Shown here: positions 39,410-51,387 of the stretch, in pieces
How the letters are laid out: each line of letters opens with the position of its first letter
Position numbering within the stretch: the stretch's first letter is position 1
Origin: Cyanophora paradoxa CCMP329
Taxonomy: Eukaryota > Plantae > Glaucophyta
Length of the DNA stretch: 64,000 nucleotides
Direction: 5' to 3'
Assembly (NCBI GenBank): GCA_004431415.1
Contig: QPMI01000441.1
Coordinates: 35,957 to 99,956, forward strand
Notes under the pieces: model-generated
Database searches by the model: none
What the model saw: only the letters and a program-made list of their open reading frames with translations
What the model was told of the DNA's origin: nothing
Position numbers and translations under genes: made by a program

Positions 39410-39677
39410 TGGGGCAGTCAACTCTGCGAACAGCGCTAAGTGACATTCTGTTGCTGTCTCATTGCTGCCTAGGAGCGCATCTCATCGCCTAGGTGCGCAT
39501 CTCATCGCGTCGCTGTACCGGGCTTCGGAAAACTCCGATCGCACTACAGCAAGACTAAGCACACTCAGAAGAGCTCAAGATGCTTACGGATGGTCGAGAT
39601 GCTCCACGCCGATGTTTTCAAACTGCGCCGTGTACCCCCGGGGGGGAAGAACCTGGAGCAGCGGTGCGAACCACGCC

Positions 39678-42600
39678 ATGCAGCGGTCAGAGCGACTGCG
39701 GTGCGAATGTCAGAAGTGTCAAGGCAAGTTAGTGCGTCCTGAGGTTTTCAATGCACATCAACTGCTAGCGCACACCGGATTCAGTAGCAGCGATCGGCAA
39801 GTCGAGTGCCCTTGCTCGCGCTGCAATGGAAAGCGCGTCTCGTCTTGGGTGCAAAGGATACATTTGCACCTAGACAAATATGGATCCAGTCTAGTAGAGC
39901 AAGCTGCCCGGAGAGCTCCTGTAAGCGATTTCGTTCCTTTCGTAGCCGAAGTTCTTGACGTACCGATCCCGACAATTTCGGTTCGAGCGGCACTAAGAAG
40001 ACGACGATTAGCAGCCCCGGCAGCACTTCAAGGCAACGAGCGACAAACAGATTCCAATTCGAAGCGCAAACGTGTCAACAATAAAGCCGCTCGTATGCTG
40101 CGAAGGCTGGGTAGATATACTGATCGTATTGGTCCTCAAGAAAACGGCAATGAACCTGGACATGAATCCAATATCGTCGATGGCATCGATGGCGATGATC
40201 ATGCTCATGAGGCTTTCGACGACCCAGCCGCAGAGGAAGGCCAAGCGGACGACATACGTGCAGACCCAGCTAGGGCGGATCAAGTGGATTATGGCCTAGA
40301 GTCGGATCAGGACGCAGCGCTCGACGGCTCAGATGATGAATGCACTACCAACAGGCAGAATTTTTATTCTGAGCCTCTTTTTGAGGGCTGTAAAGTGTCG
40401 GTGCGTGCTGGAGCATTCAATACATTGCTTGATATTGGCTGTATTGGCTTTTTAACTGTTCTCTAGCGCATGGATTACATCACTTTTTGCCTCGCATTGA
40501 AGAAACGCTTTACACAAGCACCTGTTGAGATGTTTGCATCAATCAACGCGGCTGTGTCTCTCATCATTGAGGGCCAACAAACTGCAACGAGGCAGCTCGG
40601 GTCTTGGAAGAGAATGATTAGAGAAATCCAAGAATTCGTAGCGGTAAATAATCAACCACTTTCAATTTTCGTGTTCGAAACGTTAACATTTCCCTGCTCA
40701 GCCTTCCATCACTTTCAGGACATGTGGGTATAAAGAGACAAAGCACAAGGTGGCGATTTGCAAGACAGTCTGGATCGAAGACGGAACTGTTCCTCCAAAT
40801 ACAGTCTGCGAGTGTGGCCATTCAACCTATGCCGATGGTGTGGTGGGCTTCTTTTTTGATCCGACCCGGAGTTTTCAGCAGCTACTGAACAGTCCTTCGT
40901 ATTATCCCCGGTTCCAGTGCGTTGATTTCGATTCTGTCGGTGCGGCCACGGCTGATCAAATTTACACAACGGCGTCCAGTTACGGCGTTCGAGCAATACA
41001 GATTGGGGGCGATCGTGTTCCAGATTACTATTTGCGGTCGCAAGAATCCGAAACCCAACATCTCACTGGCGACTTTGTTCAATCAAGACTTTTCTCTTCT
41101 CTTCACGAGGAGGGCTGTGTGCGAATTTCGGACGGTCTTGGAGTTGTGTGCGCATACTCTACAGATTCCGCAGTGACGCACAGCTGGTCATTTCCACACC
41201 TACAGCTTATTCTGAAAACTGGACTCTAATGTCGTGTTTCTAGGTCCCACGGCGGCTCTTTCACCCCTGTGTTTGTGATACCTATGTCTGCGCATCCTAA
41301 TTGGCGGTGCGTGATCATTATCTCGCTTTCCGCTTTTTCGCCACTTGTCTCACCCCGTTTCGCTCAGAACAGCAATGCAACGCCTTGTTTTTCTCATGGA
41401 TGGGAAGCCGAGAAACTTCGATGGAATGTTCCGCGTATTCCTTACACCGTGGCTTGTTGCCAACCAGCCGCCGCCCCCAGGAGTCCCCGCTCCCGAAAGC
41501 CAAGGGTTTGCATGCCTTATAATCTGTCTCTTTCTTTCAATCATTCAATACCGTTGAGCAGAGTGGGGTTTTGCAATCCTCTCACCGGCAAAACTGACAA
41601 AGCATATTTCACAATGGCTCTCAATATCGATGACCTCCCCGGATGCGCAACGGCATTTATGATAAGTTCGCGTAACGCATCCTTGCGCGGCTTTGTATTC
41701 CGGGACAGAAACCTAAACTTTCTGCAGCGTCGCACAGTGGCGAGCACGGCCATCCGCTTCGGAAGGTGGATTTCTGGAAAGCGCAGAGCAAAACCGCCGG
41801 GAAAAACATGTTTCAAGCACACGATCTCCCGCTCAAACACTGGATGCGGGAGTTGTGCGTACTGACCAAGGATCATGATAGACCCCCATCTGCCCGAACG
41901 GACTACTGCATGGTGCATCGAGCCGACGGACTGAAACGTTCCCACTGCAGCTGTTCTGACACCCTTCGGTACAGCGAGCCGACGGACATGCTGTAGAGAT
42001 CCAACGCCAAAGATGGTTTCGGAAAGAGATTACGCAAACAGCTTTTGTTCAATTTGTGAAAACGAAAACCTTCGGTAAACCTTTTAGAATGGATATAAGT
42101 GAACATCCTTCGAACGCGCCGTCCATTGAATTGTCTCTGACCAGGCGTTCAAGGCTTGCCGACTTTAGCGGAATGGCCACACTTTCGGCTCGGCCCCCTA
42201 TGCGACTTCAGCGAGAGCGACTGGGAGTTCCTGCGGCATGGCGAGCTGAATTTCGACATGGGTGTTGACCGTTCAGGGGCGCGGCATACTGACGAATTCC
42301 ACCTCGTCAAAAACCGTCTGGCGGATGTCTTCAACTATCTTCGCGGCAACGCGAATAATGGTGATAAGCTCAGTCCTACCTCGATTCAGTGTGTCGTTGC
42401 ATCTTCCAACTTCCATTCGTGGTTGATTTGCAACGTACAACCACTAACTTAATTACTTTCGTCAATGCGAAGGTTAAGCATCAACATGGATGTTCTTGTC
42501 CTTTACAGGGCGCCAAGCGAAGCGGAAATACGCTGCGCAGAGCAAAAGATGGAAAAGGATCGGCGACTTTACGAAGCAGCTCTCCGAAATGGCAAGCCTC

Positions 42601-44662
42601 CTCCACGCCAGCCAGTCGACCTTGTCGCGGAACTCGAAGATAACGCGCCGTTTGCCTGGGAAGCCACTGAACGGCTGTACGATGCTATCGAGCGTGTTGC
42701 AAGGCGCGCACGATATCCGCACTTTTCAGGAACAACGGTAAGAATTAAATTCGCCAGACCCAATTTAAGTGAAGTTCGCAATTACAAATCGAGAAGAGCG
42801 AACTTTGATGTTTATAATTAGGACTAGCAGGAGTAACCATGTGTGCAGATGGACGAACCGTCGTTTTTACGGACTGGACGAAACTTTCAAAAGTTCGCTA
42901 TTGCAGACGTGGCAGGCGACATTCTTCGCATGTGTCTTGATGCGGATATGGATAAACAGAATTGCCTCTATCGGATCCTCGTAATCAATCAACTGGACGT
43001 CCTGCACGGCATTGGATCGAAGGTAACGTTGAGAAAGCAAAGGCTCCGACACGTCCGTGACGTTGTAACAGATTGTTTATCCGGACTTCTTGCTTGAACT
43101 CCGCAAACTAGCAGTTCTTACAAGGGGTGCCGAACGTCACTACGTACCCGTGCCGTTCTGGACAATGTATGCAGCTCTCGTTGTTGATGCGTGCGCGAAC
43201 CATTGGCTGTAGCTTGCCTGCAATCGGCTTAAATGTGCGAAGAGTGGACGGATGCATCGAGCTGGGGCCGGCGCCAGCAGTTTCTTCCCGTGGAACGGAG
43301 CGGGGCGGTCACAATGTGAAAGTTACTGCAGGAATCGGGGCACAATCATCTCTGATAACGAGTGCGGCCCGACGAACGCAGGCAAGTTGTGAAAATATCT
43401 ATTGCAATGCATATTGAATTTCGGTATTGGAGACGTTTGAACGGATTTTGTTTGCAGGAAATGGGAGCCCTTGCCGTCCTGCAGCATGCAACAAGCGAGT
43501 TCTTGAACAAAATTCCACACCTTCTTGACACGGAAAAAGCCGGTGCCATTCGGAAGGGCAAACGTGGCTACAGCTACGATATTCACACAGCTGGCGTCGA
43601 ATACAGTAAGAAAACCAAACCAGAGCTGGGGTTCATTCTTGAAGGAAGGTTCGAAATTCGAATTCGCAATTGCCGCCGCCAGCTGCAGATCTAGAGTCTA
43701 GATCTGCCCCACATTGATGACAAACTCGCATTAATTCTGCACAGTGATGACAATCACGATGAAGAGTACGGTGGCTTAATCTCTTCGTTTTGCGAGCGGG
43801 AGGAGCTGTTCGGAAATCCCCCGTATCTGGCCGTTTTCTTCGACCTCTACGTTGACGAGCGAGAGCGATTCATAGAGACTAAAGGCACCTGGTTCGAACC
43901 ATCCGGATATCGATCCGCCCCTTGTTTGTTTCTTCGTGATCATGATCAGCATGCGCACCCAGGCCGAGCTGGGAATACACGATAGAACCTGTATTGCCGG
44001 AGGCTGGGCCCTGGCGTCCGATGGATCCGCACTTCTCCAGCATGCCTCGAGAATGGATTGGCGTCCCACCTCGAAAGGGAACTATGTATCCTTGCTTTTA
44101 CGCCAACCACCACCTGTTCATTTCCAGCGAACTCTCAACCGACAAGCACGACAGCTCATTCATGTCCTTTATCGCGATGGTTCCCCGACGGCAGCTCTGC
44201 GACGAGGGGGGCCATCCCTACCCTATCATTCCCCTCGGGCGAATGGGTTACCTCAGCGCCGAGGAGATCCAAGCGCATCCTGACCGGCGAGAGCCGGTCC
44301 GGCGCTATGCTCGTGCCAGAGGCCTTTTCGAGTTCGCCCACGCAAAGGCACCCGGGGGTGCGTTTCGCATCATTCGAGCTGCGGTCTACCCCTTCTCAGC
44401 TTGCTCGTTTATGCCCAACTTGAACTGCGACCGAATCGACATCACCAAAGAGGACCCTCTCTGTCGTTGGGTGTGGCCTGACACCATCGAGCCTTGGCGC
44501 CTGATGCCTCTCCCCGACCACACATCGTCGCAATTCGAGCGTGTGCTCCCTAACCCAACAATCGATCACCTTATCAGAGCTCAGCAGTGCTTCCCAGATA
44601 AGGGAGAGGTTAGGAACTTTCTTGGCGAGCGGCTGCCGTTCACGTCCCTGCGTAAAACGTAG
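39678..44662 (+). CDS. CACTA/EnSpm TnpD-type DDE transposase (Transposase_21/Tnp2-like), intron-containing
   Basis: Two CxCxxC..H zinc modules (CECQKC..H; CPCSRC..HL), EPLFEGCKVS, CECG..FFFDP..FQQLL, GDFVQS..YSTDS (D1), SFTPVFVIPMSAHPNWR, NIDDLPG (D2), TDEFHLVKN (DxMHxxKN-like), ELGPAPAVSSRGTERGGHNVK (E). C-terminal ORF 43994-44662. Confidence 0.85.
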
Positions 44663-44741
44663 CCTACAGCTGCATGCGCAAGACGTCATTTATGCAAATA
44701 ATTAGCTTGTAACAAATTTATTATTTCTTGTGGCCTGCGGC

Positions 44742-45422
44742 ATGCAGCCGCAGAGCCTCGGAGGCCCGGGCCTTTCGGATCCGGTCCTGGTGATAAAGCA
44801 CACAATCATGATTCTTCTGATCATGAGCCCTTCGAGCTCGTGATCATGAAGCCTCAGGCCTCGGTACCAGGGCGACTCGGCGAGCTCGACGCATGGCCAG
44901 TCATGATCAAAAAGCTCGTGTCTCGTAGCAAGCAACCCTCCGGGCCCAGCCTAGAAGACACACGGCGCTGATGATGGGAGCTCGAGCCTCGAGAAAGCCT
45001 CAGGCCTCCTTTGAGGCCCAGGGGACATGCGCTGGTCATAGACTCTAGATCTGAGAGCCTCGGAGCTCGAGCTTGTGATCATGTGCATCGGATCATGACG
45101 CCGCTGAGCCTCACTGGGCTCAGGCCTCGGCAGCTCCCTTTGAGGCTCCGGATCCCTGATCATGACTTAATGCAGCCGCAGAGCCTCGGAGGCCCGGGCC
45201 TTTCGGATCCGGTCCTGGTGATAAAGCACACAATCATGATTCTTCTGATCATGAGCCCATCGAGCTCGTGATCATGAAGCCTCAGGCCTCGGTACCAGGG
45301 CGACTCGGCGAGCTCGACGCATGGCCAGTCATGATCAAAAAGCTCGTGTCTCGTAGCAAGCAACCCTCCGGGCCCAGCCTAGAAGACACACGGCGCTGAT
45401 GATGGGAGCTCGAGCCTCGAGA
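44742..45422. repeat. 253-bp direct repeat pair (44742-44994, 45170-45422), 428-bp period
   Basis: Copies identical except one t/a mismatch seen by eye. Lies between the convergent stops at 44662 and 45649. Rich in tcatga/gagctc/aggcct palindromes. Confidence 0.95.
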
Positions 45423-45648
45423 TCCGCATGATGGGCCGGAGCCACTAGGACGATTAATATTTAATTATGCCTCTGTCCCCTCATGATCAGCGAGGACGGC
45501 TTATGCACATGATGATCATGACGTGCGTGCATGCGCGTGCACGTGTGAATGCCTGCAGGCGCAGTTGCTTCCTCATCAATTCAAATCTATTACTTCCTAA
45601 TTCCTCAAAAAGCTACTCTCCTAATTCCTAATAAAGCTACATTCTCCC

Positions 45649-48600
45649 CTACACATAGATGCGATTCGGCCTTTTGCAATTGGGTCGGCGGCACTCGGGG
45701 CATTTGCATATTTGCTCTTGGCTGCTGTCGTCGAGGGGTTCCGACTGGAGGCCCGGAGGTCGTGAATTCGAAGAATGTGGGAATGTGACTACGTCAAGCA
45801 CGTACCGAATACTTCCACGTGAGGGGATCACCTGGCTCAATGTCTAACAAAGCATAAAACCCAAAACGATATCTGTCACCAACCATCACTGGTCGAAGCT
45901 CGACGTTCGGTTTGCAGCTGTGATTCTGCAGCACTGGCCAGCCCCCGGCTGCCATATCCAGCAACCTGCACGCGCAGGCCTGTTCAAGCAAGTAGGAAGG
46001 GTACTTGTAATTGGAAGAAAGAACGGAATAACCAGTTGAGAAGATGTTTCAGTCGAACATGCGTTGTGAGCCGCGTAGCTTTCGACCGGGAACTTGCTCT
46101 GGACCTGTTGCATTTGTTCCCCAGAAGCTCTCCCAAAAACATGCCTGCTCGTATTCTGGGGGCCCACTTCGGGTTCCGGATGCCAACACCACAGTCATTC
46201 TGCTCGTCGAAAACTTCCACGGAAATACTTGAAGACTGACCCACGATCTTGAAGTTCCGATTTCCGCAATCGGTAGTGCCATAAGAGCAGTTGAAAGGAG
46301 TGCACTGGTATTCGGAAACAATGTTGTGGCAAGCAGGAGAATCGCGGCAAAGAAGCAGACGTGACCCCGTGGCCCCGAAGCAGACGCAGCAATCATGGCT
46401 CAGTTGTTCTCTCACTGCCGCGCGGAACAGCGCGGTCAAAAATCGAACAGCGCTAGAACAACGCTCACGAACCGGCTTTTGGAATATGTGGAAACTGGAA
46501 GTTAGAATTGTAAGCCTTGATAACCTCATTCATCCGCTTTTTTGCCAGCTCCGATCCATCATGTGAAATTCGGGCCTGGTTTGGAGGGCGAGTATGATAA
46601 AGTTTCTGAACGTGTTCCAGGATGTGCGGAGAGGACTCAATTCTGGAGTTCTGAGCTCGGACTTCCGAGATGTACCTGCAAACGAGCACATGAAAAGGAA
46701 GAATACGAAGCTGAACCCTCCCGAACCTGAGTTCAAGTTCTTTGATGTGCTCTTCAGGGGAAGCCGTGATATCGTGATTGATGAAACGCGCCATAAGGTG
46801 CAGAGTAAGTTTCTCCTTGAATTCTTCGAGAGAAATCGGATACGTGTACGAAGCCTGCTTCTCGTATTCTTCCTCATGCAGCTGCCCTGTTGGGTACCAC
46901 ATCTGCAACGTCGGAGGCCTAACGGCGCCAGACGCGTCGAGAATGTCGTTCAGACATTCAGACAACTGGAGTAAGAAGTCGCCTGCATGGACTCCGCACT
47001 GCCGTTAAGCCTTCAGTACCGGTAAATTTCAGCAATGCGAGCAATTGAAATGCCGACCGACAATGTGAACGCGTCCTGAGCAGTTGACGTGGAGCAGGGA
47101 AATAAATCGATTCGACAGACACGGTCCTCAAGTCGTGTTTCCGGCAACCAGCGGTCACATCCTCGCATGCTCGAAAGCATCTCACCAGCGATGACAGCCG
47201 AGTTTTGAAAGTAGGTCCCAAGAGAATCGTAAAAAACCATTCCCGGCCCATCCGAGAAACTCAAAAGCACGTGAGCAGTCCTTTGCGATGAAAAAAATAA
47301 GCGAAACGATATTGTTATACGTTAAAAGAAATAGATTACCAGTGGAATGCCTCTTCCAATACGAAGGCGACCCCGGGCGCTGGTTTGCGGTGCCGTTCCA
47401 GAGATGCAATCTTGGAGACAATGCTCTCAACGACATTTCCATGGAATTCTAGGGGTCGGATTCCAAGTTGACGCATCAACTGTTTCGCACCAACAATCTC
47501 CAAAACTGTTTATAATTATGCTCGAAATTAGGCAATGGAAGACTTTGAGATGATCATTACGCACAATTCTGCATGTGGATGTCATTGAAAGGGTCACCCA
47601 GCGTGTGCTCTGGAAGAAAAGCGAAGCCTCCCGTGAATTCCGGCAACTCCGGCACGTCAGCAAGCGGACGCTCAAGTCGTTCTGGTTCGAGGCGAAACAC
47701 GTGAAATGCGTCCACGTTGTACGTTGAGTACAATCCTTGAGGGACAGTTCGTGGCCGAAGCCTTGCCTGCCTTGAAACTGAATCTGAATTCCCGTCGATC
47801 ACCTTGTTGGCGCAGCTGAGAATTCCCAGGTAATTGAAACGACCAAGAAGTCTGCAGTGATGCACATCGCGTTCCGACCATGGATGATGGGAAAGTATCT
47901 TTTGGAAAAACAGGATGTCAAAACAGCTTTGCTTAGAGTAAAAAAGACAGCAACTTGGACCCACCAGGAAGCCCGAGGCGCACTGAACCGCAAGACGGAC
48001 GAAGATTGATTCGCGAATATCGTGTTCCATCACTTGATCACTAATAACAGCGTGCGTAATTCTGCATTCATCACATTAAACAGAGAAGTAGGTGGAATCC
48101 ATATGTAAGAAAAAAGGGAGCTCACCCCAGACTTCCGAAGTCGGCAAGCCCGGCTTCGCCGATAACCAGCTCTGTGCGTTGTGTATACGCCTCGAGCAAC
48201 GCAATCACTTCTGGGAATTCGCTGAACATAACGGATCGGCACTGCTGAAGAAAGGATATCTGAAGTTTTTTGAAGCTTGCGAGAAACATCTGCAAGATTT
48301 CGAATCCGACGAGTTTCTTCAGACGAAATGGAAGCTGCCTCTCCATGAGAGCAAATATGAGGCTGAGCTGCCTCAGAACGCCACCTGAACCTGCTCCTAT
48401 GTCCGCAATCACAACCTCTGGCGAGTCCAGCTCCAAAGTCGAGTTCCCTTCCGGCAAGACCCCCCCGGAAATGAACTCTGCTATCGTTTTGATGTCAACG
48501 AGGCCGAGCTCGCCATAATTCAAAGATCGAGAGAGCGATCCAATGGATGAGGCTTTCATGTTGTCTTGTTTCTTCAGAATGCTGGGCAGACTCTCCTTCC

Positions 48601-51327
48601 GGATATGAAAACGCATATCGTACACCGCTCCAGCTTCATCCGCATAGCGACCATTTGTGACAACCTCAGCCGCGAGTTGCCAGCGCCGTGGAAAGTTGTC
48701 ACATCGACTGAATTCAATCATGCCACGGGAGCAAGAAACGACAAGCGGGGCGACTTCGTTTTCTCGCTTCTTGCGCTTCACTGGCTTGTCGCCTTCGAAT
48801 CACTCAGAATTAAAAAAACCAGAAACATTTAAGACGCTCGAACCGACATACGGAGCTGAAGCTAAAGATTGGAGGACTCTCGCTGCAGCCTGACGCCTGC
48901 CACCGCTGCTGGCCGTGGTGCGCGATGCACTGGAGTCAACAGATGCGTCTGAGGAATTGGGATCGTCGTTCGCGCCGTATGGCTTCTGGCTGAAGTCTAT
49001 TGCTGAGTCGTTTCCGGCTGAACGCGTTCTTTTAATTCCCTGGCCAGGCTCTGGTCCGAAATCAACGCCTGACACGCGGGGTATCAGTTCAGAGATGGAA
49101 ACATGAGCCATGATTCATGCATATGCTCACCGGGTATATTCTGAGTAAGGTAAGCCCAAATTTGATGCGTGTTCGGAAGTCGACCAGACGGTGTGCGAGC
49201 GGAAGGGTCCTTCGAATTCTTGATAGCGTACCGGTACCACGACACCCTCCAGTTGCTCAACTGTGGATGCGTTTTAGGCCGATCCGTACTGGGCTGCTGC
49301 GGTAGGTCGCTGCGCATGCTCTTCCGGCGCCGTTTGACGGTGACGGGCCGATGTGCAGCTAAAGGGCGTGGGAACTCATGATCATGATCACGATTCTCAT
49401 GGCAGGTTGGCGAATTCCGTGCCGGAGAGCTGTTGGAAGAACTGCTTCCGCCTGGAAGCTGCAGCTGCTCTTCCGCCTGGAATAAGCGCTCGCTTTCGGA
49501 CTCATCGCTCGCTGACTGTTCACCGTACGAAAAATCGGTCTTGGTACGATCAAGAGACCGCAAGTGAAGTTTACGAAGTTCCTCGGAATCGCCAGGGAGT
49601 CTGATCTTCAGAGCTAGAAGCCAGTCGCTGGCGACCGTCTCGGCATACTTCAATAGGGCACGCGAGCTCGATGTCGAAAGCTTCTTTACCCAATCCAGAA
49701 GTTCGGCGGGGTTTGCCGGATGGCCGACATTCACAGAAGGAAAATTCGCGTTTTCCAGCATATCGAGAACGACATTGGCGGCTTCAGCAGTGATGTCTGA
49801 TATGACCTGCAAAGATGATGGGATGACAACAGGTGTGCAGAGAAGGTTGAAGATTACCTTCCTGTGGAGGGCGTCGTCTGTTTTCACACCGAAGGATGCG
49901 AAGAAATCTGTTGGCAGCTGAGGAGCATCGTCGTCGCCGTCACTCGATGAGCTCGAGCTCGAGGAAGCGTACGGTGCTGCATTCGATTAAAAAGCGCGGA
50001 TGAAGCCCGAGCACACGGGCAGATGCAGCTTTTCTTTCGCACATGAGAGCGGTGGAGAGAATGCCCTGTTTCCTCGAGCTGCTGCCCGAACCAAGACTGG
50101 CGGCGTCCTCGGAGAACGCGGTGCGACGGAGGGCTGCGAGGATAAGAAGAAGCCCGCACAGTCAAGTTTTAGAATGGCCGCTCACTCTCAGATGGTCAGA
50201 TTCACGTGAAGGACTTGGGGGGTCCCAATGCTGCGCGAAGCTCAGATCTAGATTGCTGGAGGACGCTCAAATCGCTGGTTTCTAAGAACGGACGGAGCTC
50301 GTGGCACCAACTGGGCCCGGAGGGCAGAAAGGTGTGCGCGGATCCTGGAGCCGGAGGCGGGGGGAGCCGGATAGCGGGGGGAGCCGGATATAAGAAGCAA
50401 TAAGAAGTAAGAAGTAAGAGTAAGAAGCTGTAAGCTAAGAAGCTGCGTAGAAAGAAGCTCATTGAAGGGGAAGAAGCTTTTGAAGTAAAGAAGCTCTAGA
50501 CACAGCAATTGCAAGCAGGCAGCCAACCACGTGCACGGACCGAGCTCGTACGGCACTGCGATGGAAGCTCAGATTTCAAAGCGAAGGTATGGCGTGAGGT
50601 TGCCTTGAGTAAGAAAGGCTTCCCGCTCTGGTTCTGGTCCTGTACATGTGGCCACGCGTGTGTGAAGGGCGTGCATAGCGTATCCACATGTACATGCACG
50701 TACCGCGGCCGGTACGCCGCGGCCTGACTGGATTCTTGCAGCCTCCCATTGTTTGAGGACTTCTCGAAACCGCTCGGGAGCACCTGGGATCATGCGGAGC
50801 CGGCCGAGCAGTGCCGCTTGGCGCTTCTTGTAGGTTTCGAGCGGAGCGTCCGGTGGGGGCAGTTCATGTTCCTTTTGGAAAGCCGCAAGACCAGAGCGAT
50901 CGGCTTCAGGAGCTCGCACATGCGCTTCTGGAACAAAACCTCCTCATTCGAACTCTGGAAGGCGCCCAAGCGCGTTGGAGAGGTCAGAGATGTGGGCATG
51001 CGCACACGCCGCAATCGCGCTACGCATGCTAGTTGCGATAGAAGCACGGCCGGGAGAGCTGGCCGGCGCCGAGAGAGCACGGCCGGCGCCGAGAGAGCTG
51101 CGGGTGGTTGTGTAGGCAAGCTCTGTTCTTGTGTACGGACCTGTTTTGCTCTTAGCATTCTGTTCTACCGTCTTGACGACGTCGACCGGCAGACGAACTC
51201 TGTACCCCCCTTGCGCGCCGTGCCTCGGCCGTGGCCACCGTAGCGCGCAGCGGCTGCCTTTGGCGGCGCGATGAACAGCTTCAGAGAGCCTTTCTTTGAC
51301 TCTGACTGCTTGAGTCGTCACTGGCAT
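45649..51327 (-). CDS. Multidomain chromatin modifier: DOT1-like class I methyltransferase + Ulp1/C48 SUMO protease + AWS-SET-postSET (SET2/ASH1-like)
   Basis: DOT1-like: LNYGELG..IADIGAGSGGVLRQL..LVGFEI..|ITHAVISDQVM..GFL|ILSHHP. Ulp1: FNDIHMQN|FL..FHW|TAHV..FYDSLG..QDAFTLS|CGV. AWS: CVC..C..C.N..QCTPFNC..CGNRNF. SET: VEVF..GVGIR..GMFLGELLG..NHSCKPN..FYALLDIEPGDPLTWKY. Post-SET: CKCPEC. Stop 45649. The 5' extent (50.0-51.3 kb) is uncertain. Confidence 0.82.
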
Positions 51328-51387
51328 GGTACTTCTTTAGCTTTTCCCCGGGAACCGCGATACCGCGAACTGCAAAGAAGTGCGGGG

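Noticed and set aside
44742-45422. LTR pair or TRIM retroelement
   Set aside because: No TG...CA ends, TSD, PBS or PPT, so it is treated as a local duplication.
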